From Phoronis australis (Eukaryota > Animalia > Phoronida): 64,000 bases of DNA. The position numbers and the translations under genes were made by a program. The DNA is taken from NCBI GenBank assembly GCA_002633005.1, contig NMRA01000068.1, forward strand, positions 98,453 to 162,452, written 5' to 3'. Below the pieces are notes generated by a model. It did not search any database. It was not told the DNA's origin and worked only from the letters and a program-made list of their open reading frames with translations. This document shows, one piece after another, positions 1 through 11,103 of this stretch. Numbering within the stretch: position 1 is the stretch's first letter; each line of letters opens with the position of its first letter.

Positions 1-239
1 GTGGGGGCAGGGCAGTGTAGGATTTTGCCAATGAGATAATCGCATTCTCGAGCTGCCTAATGGAATTTGGGAGAATTTTAGGGGGCTTGGTTTCCTTGAA
101 CCCCCCTCTAAATCTGCTACTGTTTCTGTAGGGCACTGTCCACATGCCATAGTCGCATGAGTTTGAAAATGAAGCAAGTTCCTGCAACTCAACTACCCTG
201 TAATAGCTTTTCTACTGTTTCGTTAATGGAATATTTAAG

Positions 240-3200
240 GTATGGTGTCTCAAGCACAGCTAGCCATACTTATGTCCCAGATACGGTGTTCTCAGAGGAA
301 ATCGCGTGGTTGTCGGTGGTCTGCAAAAGACAAGGCCATGGCTCTTTCACTGTACCACAGTTCACCAAGAACTTACAGGCTTCTTAGAAAAGTATTGGCT
401 CTACCATCATTGTCAACACTTAAACGAGTTATGAAAAAAGTGAAGGTATTTATTGCAATTTAGGTTCATCAATTCTTCAAAGGTGCTCACACCACAAAAT
501 TTTTACCATACACAAAACGCTCTAAAAATGGATCCAGAACACACATTTCCCACTGACAAATAAGGTAGCTGTTAATTTATTACTAGTGGGAATTGTCCTG
601 TAGAAATAGGGTTGCACACTTTATTCATTTAGAATGACTTAAATAATTGTGTTTGGTTAGTGGCTGAGTGTTGTTGAGGCTGTACATGGTTCTGTGTTGT
701 AAAGCATGGTTGGAATGGGATAATTGCAGCCACAATACTTTCCTCACTATCCTGACGTCCAATTGATGCGTAGGTCAGAAAAAACCAGCAAAAAAACTAA
801 TGGTTTTCCTGAAAAACAGTGAGGTATTTTCTTGTGTTTTATTGAATGTATTTAAATTAGCTTTTTGTGTGTTGTGCATTGCAGGTGAATACAGGGTTCA
901 ACCAAACTATTCTGTCGGCACTTAAAGTGAAGGCTGCAAACTGGACCCCACTTTCCAGACTTTGTGTTCTTTCAATGGATGAGATGTCCATCAAACAAGG
1001 TTTGTCCTATGATGTAGGCCGTGATGTCGTGGAAGGCTTTGCAGAAGATAAGAAGCAACTGGCTAATCATGCACTTGTCTTCATGGTATGTTTATAGGTT
1101 TCAGACATTTGACCTGTCTGCATTATGCTTTTTGAACCATTTTGGGACTTTATGTGGCAGTGAAAATTTCTTTGGTGCAGTGTATACAACACTAAGTAAC
1201 CACATGTTTGTAAGAGCCCAGACAGTTAGAAGATTCGACCATTATCTGAGCTCAGAATTATGCACTGGTGTAAACATATGGTCATACATTTTTAGATACT
1301 GCACTTTAGATATTGGGAATCTTAATTTTTGTATTTGTCATTTTAATTGATTGAAACTATGAGTTGTGTTCTTTTTCATCAAGAATTTCCTTTCATATCT
1401 TCAGATCAGAGGACTTACAGAGAAATGGAAGCAACCGCTTGGCTTCTTTTTCTCCAACGGTCCTATGTCTGGTACTGACATGAAGGCTCTGGTGCTGGAA
1501 TGCATTGCGAAGCTGGAAGAAATTGGGTTGAATGTAGTTTTACTTGTGTGCGATCAGGGCACAAATAATCAGAACATGTTTACACAATTGGGTGTTACCT
1601 GTGACAAACCGTATTTCCTGTTTAAAGAACAAAAAGTTTTTGTAATGTATGATGCCCCACACCTATTGAAAAGTACACGGAACAATTTCAAAAAACATGG
1701 TTTTGTGGTTGATGGAAAATGGGTGGAGTGGAAACATGTTGTTGAATTTCATGATAAGGACTCGAGCAAACCAATACGATTGGCGCCTAAACTAACAAAA
1801 CGCCACATAGTGCTACCACCCTTTGCTCCGCTTCGGGTAAATCTGGCTGCTCAACTGTTCAGTCACTCTGTGGCAGCAGGAATGCTCTTCATGATTACCT
1901 GGAATATACTTACAGGTGATTGTCATGGTTAAATATCTGTCCTGAGCTCAACTTGATAAAGTTTAGCCTTGTTTGTTTGGTAACTTTTGTATAATTATGT
2001 TACATATTTTCAACCTTTGCCTTTTGCTGTCTTAAATTTTAGTCTAGTACAAGATTGGCAATGAAGTGTTGTTTTTCCTTTCCATTAGAGAGATATAATC
2101 ACATAGGTCAATTTGAGTGAGTGGGGGGACAGGGTGAATAGACTTGGTACTAAAGCTTCTGGGCATATCTTTAGAGCTCCTTGATTAAGTACCGGCTTGA
2201 CATGTTTCGACGTTTACTGAAACACCATCATCAAAAGAAATAACATTGGCCACCTTGCTAGGCCCAACAAGCCCTTTTAAATATGTTGTTTTTATTAACA
2301 TCTTTAAAATCTTTAGAGAAATTTAACAAGGTGTTACAGTAGTAGAATTCTGGTCTAATTATATTGATCAAAATGCCCTGCTAATCACTGCATGGTCTTT
2401 TTCAGAGGAAGCACGTCCAACGGCTGAATTTATAGAGCAACTCGACCAGATATTCAATGCTTTTAATAGCAAAAAACTTTCCAGCAAGTGTATCATGGGC
2501 CATGCCATCACTGAAACCTCTGGTCACATTGAGTTCTTGAGAGGCATGATTTCTTGGATCAAGAAAATCACGGTTCCATGTAAGGTTGCTTCTGAAAGTC
2601 TTTCCCGACTTGCATGAAGTAGTGAAAAGTCACAATAAGGTTCAGATGTCTGGCATGACACGACTCCATGGCCATTAACCAACTTGATATTGATAGAAAG
2701 CCTGTCGCACTCGTTAAATCTCATTTATCGAAGTCCTGGGGTCTAAAAGCTTACAATTTGGTTCAGTTTTAATGTGCTAACAAGACACCATACAGAGGCA
2801 ATTTTGTATCAAACTCTTTGAGTAGCTGATATACATAAGTCATGGTTTAATTAATGGAAGCATTATTGAACGTATGTAATATAAGTCTTGTATAAATCTT
2901 TTTCAGCTACAAAGCGTCGCCTCCCATGTTTGTTAGGGTGGGAAATGGGGGCAAACTGTCTAATACAGCTCTGGTTTTATTTACGCACCAAGTATGGCCT
3001 CAAGTTCCTTCTCACCAATCGTCTGAACCAGGATTGTGTCGAAAACCTTTTCAGCGTCATTAGGGGAAAGGGGAGCCAGCGAGACAACCCAGATGCAAGG
3101 GAATTTAGAGCCGCTTTTGGGCAGGTATGTGTCGTGCAGTTTGCATATGGTATGTGTAGCACAGCTTAAACACAGCATCCAGCGGCTAAAACATCTTTTT

Positions 3201-6200
3201 GACACCCGAAATGTATGCATTGTTCATTAAAAATTTTGTTTCTGCTTCTTACACACCACAGACAGTAATTAATTGCGACGCAAATTACACAGAACATCAC
3301 TACTAATAGTCCTGAAATTTGGAATGGGTTCAAAAATCCTACCCAATGCACATCAATGTTGAACTATGTCTGATATCGTTGGCTGTGCACTTATTGAATA
3401 CGGTAGATATACGGTTTGCTTTTGACTGGTCTATAAACCTAGGAGTGACTACTATTTTAATGTCCCATACCTAACTTCACAATTTATTAAAGTTTTCAAA
3501 TCAATCTTTAGGGAAAATTTTGTGCATGGTGTCAAAAATATATATATTACTTTAATGTTTGTTGATTCTGTATCTTATTTTCTGTACATTATCGGTGTGT
3601 TCCTGCTCTACCTACAGTAAGTATCAATAAAAGTATAGCTTTAATTTTTCAGAAGTTTAGCATATTTTCATTTTTAGGTCATAGATGAATTTGTGATTTT
3701 TTGGTGTCATTTGACCTTGCTAGTATTAGTAAACTACACTTTAGAAATGAAAACATTGTAATTGTTCTAACTTCTAACAAAACAATGGTGTTAATAGCAT
3801 GTCCGGATTTCATTCAAATAAATATTCAATGAGAAAATCACAAAAAAATTAATTTCTGAGGTGTCTTTATGTTCTTGTTTCATGCACCTTATCAAGATGT
3901 TTTTGATTGACATATGTCCCGAATGATATATAATAGTTTGTGCGTCGCAAGCTTGTTATCAGAGATGAAACCAAGACCAGGGTAGGCGATATAAGGTCAT
4001 TTATTACAATTACAAGTAAGGTCATGTACATGACAAATACAATTACAATTAAGGTCAGTTATATGACTTATACAATTACAAGTAATAGGCAGTGACTAAA
4101 CATAAGTAAGGTAAAAAATACTAATCTCTGGTAAGATGGACACATGAAAAGTGCCACAAGAGATGTAGTAAGAGAGCTCATGCACATCCTTATAATTTAA
4201 AGATGTTTCTTCATACAAGTAGCATTTCATTTTCTCATGTTATCTTATGAAAATATGAAACAGTTTGAAAATAATCCCAAAGGTCGTCTTGCTAGTAAGG
4301 AGATAAATGTTTTGATGAGAAATTAAATCATTTTTACAATCTTGCTGAAAATATTCATTGCAAGAAATAAGCTCATTAGTACCCTCTAATTTCACTTGGT
4401 GTATTATAATTTTATTTTAAAGAGTATTTTTTATTTTCTATTTTACAGCATGATGTCTTTTGCCATTGGTTATGATACTCGTATCACTTATGTTGATTGC
4501 AGACAATAGAATTTTAGTGTGTTTGCATTGACATGATGGTTTGAGTTGATATTAACATCCCTATAGTACTATATGCAGTGAAGATATCAGCTAGTTTAGT
4601 CAGAAAGCAGGTAGTATCACGCTGTAAGCAGATGGCCGTTGCCGAGCATGAGTTCACCTAAAGGTGGTTACTGCAACTTACATGCACTCACATTGACACA
4701 TTTAACAAGTGTGCTCTTTGGGAAAGTATTGAATTATCTTGTGTTTCATTTGCTCCATGGCAACTTGCTGTCTGGATATGGCCCGTAATAATTCCTGGAA
4801 TAATTTAGTGTTAAGGATTTAGTTAAGTTAGGTAAGTCACTAACTCTCCAGGGTTTAGTAAACTGAACCCTAAATTGACCTACTGTTGGTGATTGCTCCG
4901 CCTACAAAACAGTTGTGCAACTTGACTTGACACTTGGTTTACTGTTGCATAATCTGTCTCACCCTGCGAGCATCCCTGAAACTGATTACTTTTTGGTAAG
5001 CTTACAAATCCCTGGACAAAAATTTTACATTTACCATAAGTACTAATATCTAAGATTAGTTAAGATTAAATAAGATACTTAAGATAAGTAAACTAAGTAG
5101 TAATAGTTAATATTGGTTAAGATTAAATAGGAATACTTAAGATAGCTGAAGTACTAATACCTAGGTTTAGTTAAGATTAAATAGAAATACTTAAGATAGC
5201 TTAAGTACTAACAGAAATTGTGCAGATTAGATAAGAATGCTTTGGATAACATAAAAAGCACATTTTTGGTTTGAGGTGTAATAGGCTAAATTGACACCAA
5301 AAGTGTAAGTAACTGAAAAAGAAATGTTAGTCTGGAGACTTGGCACTCTTCATTGTACTCATATTAATTTAAGGTACCCTTATTACTTAAGTGTAATTGA
5401 GCTATTCATGTAGTAAAATTATGGAGCTGGAATAATCTAGACAGAATTTAACAACAGCCTTGTGCTTGCTATGAATTTTTGATAGCACACAGATTGTCAT
5501 GAGCCAATGGTTATATTGAGATCTATTACATTTTCCAAGCAAATTATTTCAATGAATTTTGAGTAGCTGATTGCAAGGGATTCTGTTAGTTAATTTAGCA
5601 TAAGTTTGCCCATAATATTATGTTTGAATCTGTAATTATTAGAATAATTCCATGTACATGCAGGTGATGGTCGATACCCTCTTATTGTGTGGAAAGAATG
5701 CCAACTGCGAGGATGATGCAGACGTGTTCCTGTCAACACTTGGTGACAACGATGTTAACCATTCTCTCTTGCCAGCAGACACTTGCACACCATACGAACC
5801 ACAAGGTATCAGCCATATTCTGACGTTATGCTCTCTGTCTCACGATGTTGGCACACTCTGCATCCAAGAGCGTAACATCGTTGCCTATATAGGGGGGTAC
5901 ATTGTCCGTAAACTGTGCTCTGTTGTTTGCTCAACCTGTGCAAGCCATTTGTGCGACAAGTCTAATGTAAATGTCAATGATGTCGATTTCATTCAGACAA
6001 AGAAAATTGATGGTGCCATCAATGGTTTGGTTACGCCATCACAAGAGGTAATTGATTTGTTATCTAGCCTCGAACTTCGGTACAGGGAAATCATTGACGA
6101 GGCGATAAACCGTGATAATGTGATGGAATCACTATCAGCTGCTCTGTGTAAGGAGACAGATGCCTTTCAATTTCCATGCTCTTTGTGCAATACCACAAGA

Positions 6201-6314
6201 GCTATTGTGCATGTTTTTCTGAACATCAGACTGCACTTCATGTTGAAAACATTCAACAGAAACCTCCTGAGTAAAAGAAATGAAAGAAAGGTTCTTAAGT
6301 TTAGTCATCTGTAA
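240..6314 (+). CDS. P-element-superfamily transposase (THAP9-like), spliced, 5'-partial
   Basis: Phase-consistent GT-AG exons 240-445, 885-1085, 1405-1915, 2406-2579, 2907-3124, 5664-6314. Motifs: RWSAKDKAMALSLYHSSPRTYRLLRKVLALPSLSTL; SMDEMSIK (first Asp); VCDQGTNN (second Asp); YDAPHLLKSTRNN; TAEFIEQLDQIFNAFNS; TNRLNQDCVENLFSVIR (catalytic Glu); C-terminal YIGGYI..CSTC..CSLC. The start of the first visible exon is uncertain (acceptor at 239, or at 131 with a frameshift). No THAP domain is visible in the window. Confidence 0.9.
2194..2236 (-). ncRNA. degenerate minimal hammerhead-ribozyme-like motif (Penelope-type) in a transposase intron
   Basis: Minus strand reads TTGATGA-tggtgtttcagtaaacgtc-GAAAC-atGTC, resembling the CUGANGA/stem II/GAAA/NUH core, with C>T at the first position. 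Confidence 0.4.
3990..4560 (-). mobile_element. possible degraded non-LTR retrotransposon 3' remnant in transposase intron 5
   Basis: Minus strand has an AATAAA-like end, short tandem 3' repeats (tacaattacaa) and a broken GDEYH-like segment. No intact ORF. Confidence 0.25.
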
Positions 6315-6976
6315 AATGTTTTAACATTTTAAAGTAACTACCAATTTCAAATTAAGTTTTTGATATTTTAGCAACATTGATGTGCTCTCGTGCTTGACAT
6401 ACTCATTGTGCGTTGTAATTTCCGTTTACTTATCTGATTATTCACCGATGTATTGACTCGGTTTGCTCTGTCTGTAAAAGATACAATTGTTTGACATGAG
6501 ATCACACAGGCTTTATCTCTTATGTATGTGAGGGAGCATCAGAATGAGTGAAATACAGTGTTGTGGTAATGCATCAATTGTCTTGGTTTCTTCTTCTTAC
6601 TTGTGTTACACCCACTGCACAAACCAAGTGTGTGTACTAGTAGCAGCCTGGCGTATTCAATACAGAACACATTCAAAATGGTTGGGTGGGCATGAAAGGA
6701 CTCGAAGTCAGGTGGGAGCACTTTGTAATAAAAAAGTGGAAAACACCCAGGATGGTATTGGGCCATCATGATGGCCGCCAGTCATTACATGTAAATATTC
6801 TTGGGGGTCATGCACACGACTGAGCCGGTGCCATGTCTTCATCACCACCTCGATCAGCACATGTTGTCAATGGTCAGGGCCGGGTGCAACCAAAATTTGT
6901 GACAATAGAAGGGACGACTCAACACTCAAGTGGCATACTCCATTGGACGGTTTTTACCACTCCCCGTGTACCCCTA

Positions 6977-7107
6977 CATGGGCGGCGCAGCACTGAAAAA
7001 AGTGGGTGCTAAAGCCCCCTCAGCCCCTCGTGCTTTACCGCCTATAGACCATGTGTGGCGTAGCACTAAAAAAGTGGGGATATAGCGCCTATGGTGCACC
7101 GCAAATG
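6977..7107. repeat. short dispersed MITE-like repeat (second copy inverted at 17168-17312)
   Basis: catgggcggcgcagcactgaaaaaagtggg...ctatggtgc matches the reverse complement of 17168-17312, which has catgggc...gcccatg terminal inverted repeats. Confidence 0.7.
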
Positions 7108-7618
7108 CCCTACCTGGGATGGGATCATTTGGACCACCTGGTTTTTACCTGGTTTGCACTACTCCCTTAGTGCTGGCAACTGACTGAGTCCCCCTGAACC
7201 CCCAGCCTAGCAATCATTAAAAGTAGGTAGTCCAAGGAGGTATGAAGTGTTATTGGGAACGAGAATTTGCCTTATTAAGAACTCAAATATGAAACAGAAC
7301 CATGATGGCTTTTGAAGGGAGCTTCAGAGAATAAACACAAATGTTCTTTAAAATTGATTAAAATACACATTTTCATTCTCATTCGATTATAAACAGTTGT
7401 TAGTTTATGTATTCTAACCATTTTCAATCACACAGTAATTTTATTGCACGTCGAACGTCATTAAAGTATAAATTCATCAGTGTTTACATTGTTCGGACTG
7501 CGCTCCTAAGTAAGTATTGATTATTCACCGCTTGGAGCGCTAGTGTTTCGACCGGTAACCATTGTGGCGAATGGTAAAATGGCGGAGTGAACTCTCCTAT
7601 ACTCGTACACTCCTTGCT

Positions 7619-8257
7619 NNNNNNNNNNNNNNNNNNNNNNNNNNNNNNNNNNNNNNNNNNNNNNNNNNNNNNNNNNNNNNNNNNNNNNNNNNNNNNNNNN
7701 NNNNNNNNNNNNNNNNNNNNNNNNNNNNNNNNNNNNNNNNNNNNNNNNNNNNNNNNNNNNNNNNNNNNNNNNNNNNNNNNNNNNNNNNNNNNNNNNNNNN
7801 NNNNNNNNNNNNNNNNNNNNNNNNNNNNNNNNNNNNNNNNNNNNNNNNNNNNNNNNNNNNNNNNNNNNNNNNNNNNNNNNNNNNNNNNNNNNNNNNNNNN
7901 NNNNNNNNNNNNNNNNNNNNNNNNNNNNNNNNNNNNNNNNNNNNNNNNNNNNNNNNNNNNNNNNNNNNNNNNNNNNNNNNNNNNNNNNNNNNNNNNNNNN
8001 NNNNNNNNNNNNNNNNNNNNNNNNNNNNNNNNNNNNNNNNNNNNNNNNNNNNNNNNNNNNNNNNNNNNNNNNNNNNNNNNNNNNNNNNNNNNNNNNNNNN
8101 NNNNNNNNNNNNNNNNNNNNNNNNNNNNNNNNNNNNNNNNNNNNNNNNNNNNNNNNNNNNNNNNNNNNNNNNNNNNNNNNNNNNNNNNNNNNNNNNNNNN
8201 NNNNNNNNNNNNNNNNNNNNNNNNNNNNNNNNNNNNNNNNNNNNNNNNNNNNNNNNN
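7619..8257. other. assembly gap (N run)
   Basis: Continuous Ns. Confidence 1.
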
Positions 8258-9025
8258 ACTGGTGAATGGGGTGGGGAGGGGGGGTAATGCGGCGTTGGAA
8301 TCATGGACGCCCTGGAATATTGGGAACCCCATTTTGGACACCCTATGTTCGAAATCCTAGATGAAGCCCTGCTGGGGGGCATGGTCTTGAGTAACAATGA
8401 ACTGTCCTTTTCAAGACCAGAATCACTTCTCATCTGAGCAAGAAGCAAATGAAGTTTTGTAATTACAAGGTGTCTAAGTCAAAAGGTCAATTTCTGTGAC
8501 GGATCACGAATTTCTTGCCTCTTTAAGCAATGATGACATCATTGGTAATGCAACTCAAAATTTATTACTTTATGCAGATTGACTTGATTCCGTGACCTGT
8601 TTGTCTGGCTGAAATCTGTTTTAAATTCTTACTTGGTGGGAGTTTATTGACATGTGGCTTTGAAAAATATTTCATTCTGTTTCAGCATTTAAGTCCTTCA
8701 CCCAACTCACTGAAACATGAAAAGGGTCGTGGTCTTAGTCTAACAAAATGACTTCAGCAGATCGGGTCATTAGTTCACCGTTTATTCATAATTCTAGAAC
8801 ACTTGGAGATGAAATGATGAAGTGTGGAGTGGAAATCTCGACGGTAAGCTTACTATTGTGTAGTTGAATACATGTTGGGGAAATGAATCCTGGTCCTTAT
8901 TTACAATTTAGAAAACAAGCTGACTAATACTAATTAATGCACTGTTGTTAAAGTTAGCTTGGAACCAGCCTTCCAACACAATGTCCAGTTATGGTTATGA
9001 TATTGGTCTCAAAATTTTCTTTAGT

Positions 9026-9280
9026 CATGGGCTTGGTGTGACAAATTACAAAAAAGGAAAAGTTTCCAGGTGGTATATCACTTCACAAATCAATAGGTTT
9101 GTGTGATAGAAATATTTTTTGTATTGTAAAATTTAACTGAAATAATCATTTTTGCATGAATAAAGTCTGATAGAATAATGATATAAAAGAGGGAAAAAAA
9201 GAGGAAACAGGAAATCAAATATGAGGAAATTGAAACCAAATTGAGGAAATTCTCCCAAAAGAGGAAACTTTCAAGCCCTG
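9026..9280. mobile_element. about 255-bp MITE with (CA)GGGCTTG...CAAGCCCTG ends; related copies at 9464-11043 (interrupted), 31033-31263 and about 41165-41382
   Basis: The four copies share internal sequence and short terminal inverted repeats. Flanks show 5-6 bp target-like duplications (gtgag/gtgag for the 9464 copy; tttagt/cttagt; cattta/tattta). Confidence 0.7.
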
Positions 9281-9646
9281 CTTAGTCACTTTAAAGGTGA
9301 TTTCATGGTTTTGAATCACTGATAGTTTGTTATTGCTTGTGATTGGGCTCTAGACGCTGGCTTGTCATTATTGTCATTTTACGGACCGGACCGAGCATGG
9401 TCTCAAGGAATGATGAACTGTCATTTCTTTGCTAACCCAGAAATTACCCTAAATCTAAGTGAGCAGAGCTTGGAATTTTCCTTGGTAATAGGATTTCCTC
9501 GTTTTGGTTTTGATATTCTCATATATCAATTCCATTTTCCTCTTTTTCATCTCTTTTTTTATCATTATTTTGCCTTTATTCACGCAAAAACGTTTCTTGC
9601 AGTTAAATTTTACAACACAAAAAATCTATCATATGAGCCCTACTTA

Positions 9647-10979
9647 CCATACTCGTCCGCGTTACCGCCCAGGGCGCTTAAATTGGGAAACTAAAAAATC
9701 GGGGTGGGCGATTTAAATCGAAATTTTTAGGAAGTCGGGAGTTGTTGCTTACTGCACGGAGGAACCGATTTTAACCGAACGGAGCTACACTGACGTGGGA
9801 TTTCAAGCGTATCGGTTAAAATATAGGTCGGGGCACTGAAGTAACGGACTTCGACGGCCTGTCCGAGTCGGGATTGGGTTTTTACGTACCTCGGTCGCTG
9901 GTGGTCATCACTTCGAACTAATTCCTACATGTAGGTGTGCTTTCAGTTGGGCAAGTTTCTTGAGAGAAAAGACAGATCAAACAAGACTCCGCTAGTTCGT
10001 GGTGTATTTTTAAAGGAGGCACTTGATTGTGTAAAGATTTGCTTCCTGCTGCACACTTAGGCAACCAAGCACATGCCCTACTGAATACTTTAAACTTAGT
10101 TAGGCAACCAAGCAGGTGGTAATGATTGACAGGTCTTCTTATTGAATACTTCGAACAATGTAACATTTTTATCCGTTGTACACTATATTTCTTTTTGAGT
10201 TCAAAGCCAACACTGCTGTCATTCAAACCACAGCTCAACAATCGGACCATACCACTATTAGGCAATAGGGGTACTCGGTCAGCTGCCAAAATAATATAGC
10301 AAAAACAAATCTTGTAAAAAGTCAGGCAAATCAAAACTTCAAAAAAATAAGTTTTTGACCACATAGAATGTGGACAGAATGTTCGACTGGCGCTAATGAC
10401 AAGTTGATTTTTTGGGCTCTTGCCTTTGATTGGGCGCTTCCATTTTGGTGTCAGGAGTGAAAGTCATTAAAAACATGCATTTAACCAAGACGGGAACAGC
10501 GACACAAGTTGGTTTGTCACAATGGACCGTGTCTTTTCTCAATATTTCAATGCTCAGGGTGGTTATGTTTCGTATACTGCCACGGGTAATCACAGAAGGG
10601 TTGGCCACGGACGTGATATCCTTGTCAAGTACTGCTTTGCTGGTTCTTCTATATCAAATGAAATACATTCGACAAGTGCTCTCAGTGTTCAGTACATGCC
10701 GACACGAGTTCCGCGTGTGAGCCAAACAAAACAATTGTATCTCTTTCAGTAAAGGGCATGAGAATACGGGTAGTTTACCGTTATAGTAAGGCAAGGTCAC
10801 GGTTCCGCAAAAACTGATCGATTGTCACAGAAAGGTAAGCGAGTTCCGCACATTTTGGAATCTTAATTTTGTGCGACGAACATTCACAGAAGCACAGATA
10901 CTTTTACGGAAGTCTCAATCATGAAAAATTGGGTTGTGGGCGGTAAGCCCAGCATGGGCTGTAACCCGAACGAGTATGG
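9647..10979. mobile_element. non-autonomous Tc1/mariner-superfamily element (Tc2/Kanga-like CCRTA ends) nested in a MITE
   Basis: TA-CCATACTCGTCCGCGTTAC ... GTAACCCGAACGAGTATGG-TA. The host MITE stops at about 9642 and resumes at 10982. Confidence 0.75.
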
Positions 10980-11103
10980 TATTTGTAGAACGATACATCA
11001 CCTGAAAATTTTTCCTTTCTTGTCATGGTCATTCCAAGTCCTGGTGAGGAACAAGTTGAGACCAATTTAATAGCGTCAAGTAGTCTTACTCAAACGTTGG
11101 CTT

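Noticed and set aside
7484-8448. Long ORFs of 241-285 aa in the ORF track
   Set aside because: Artefacts of translating the N gap.
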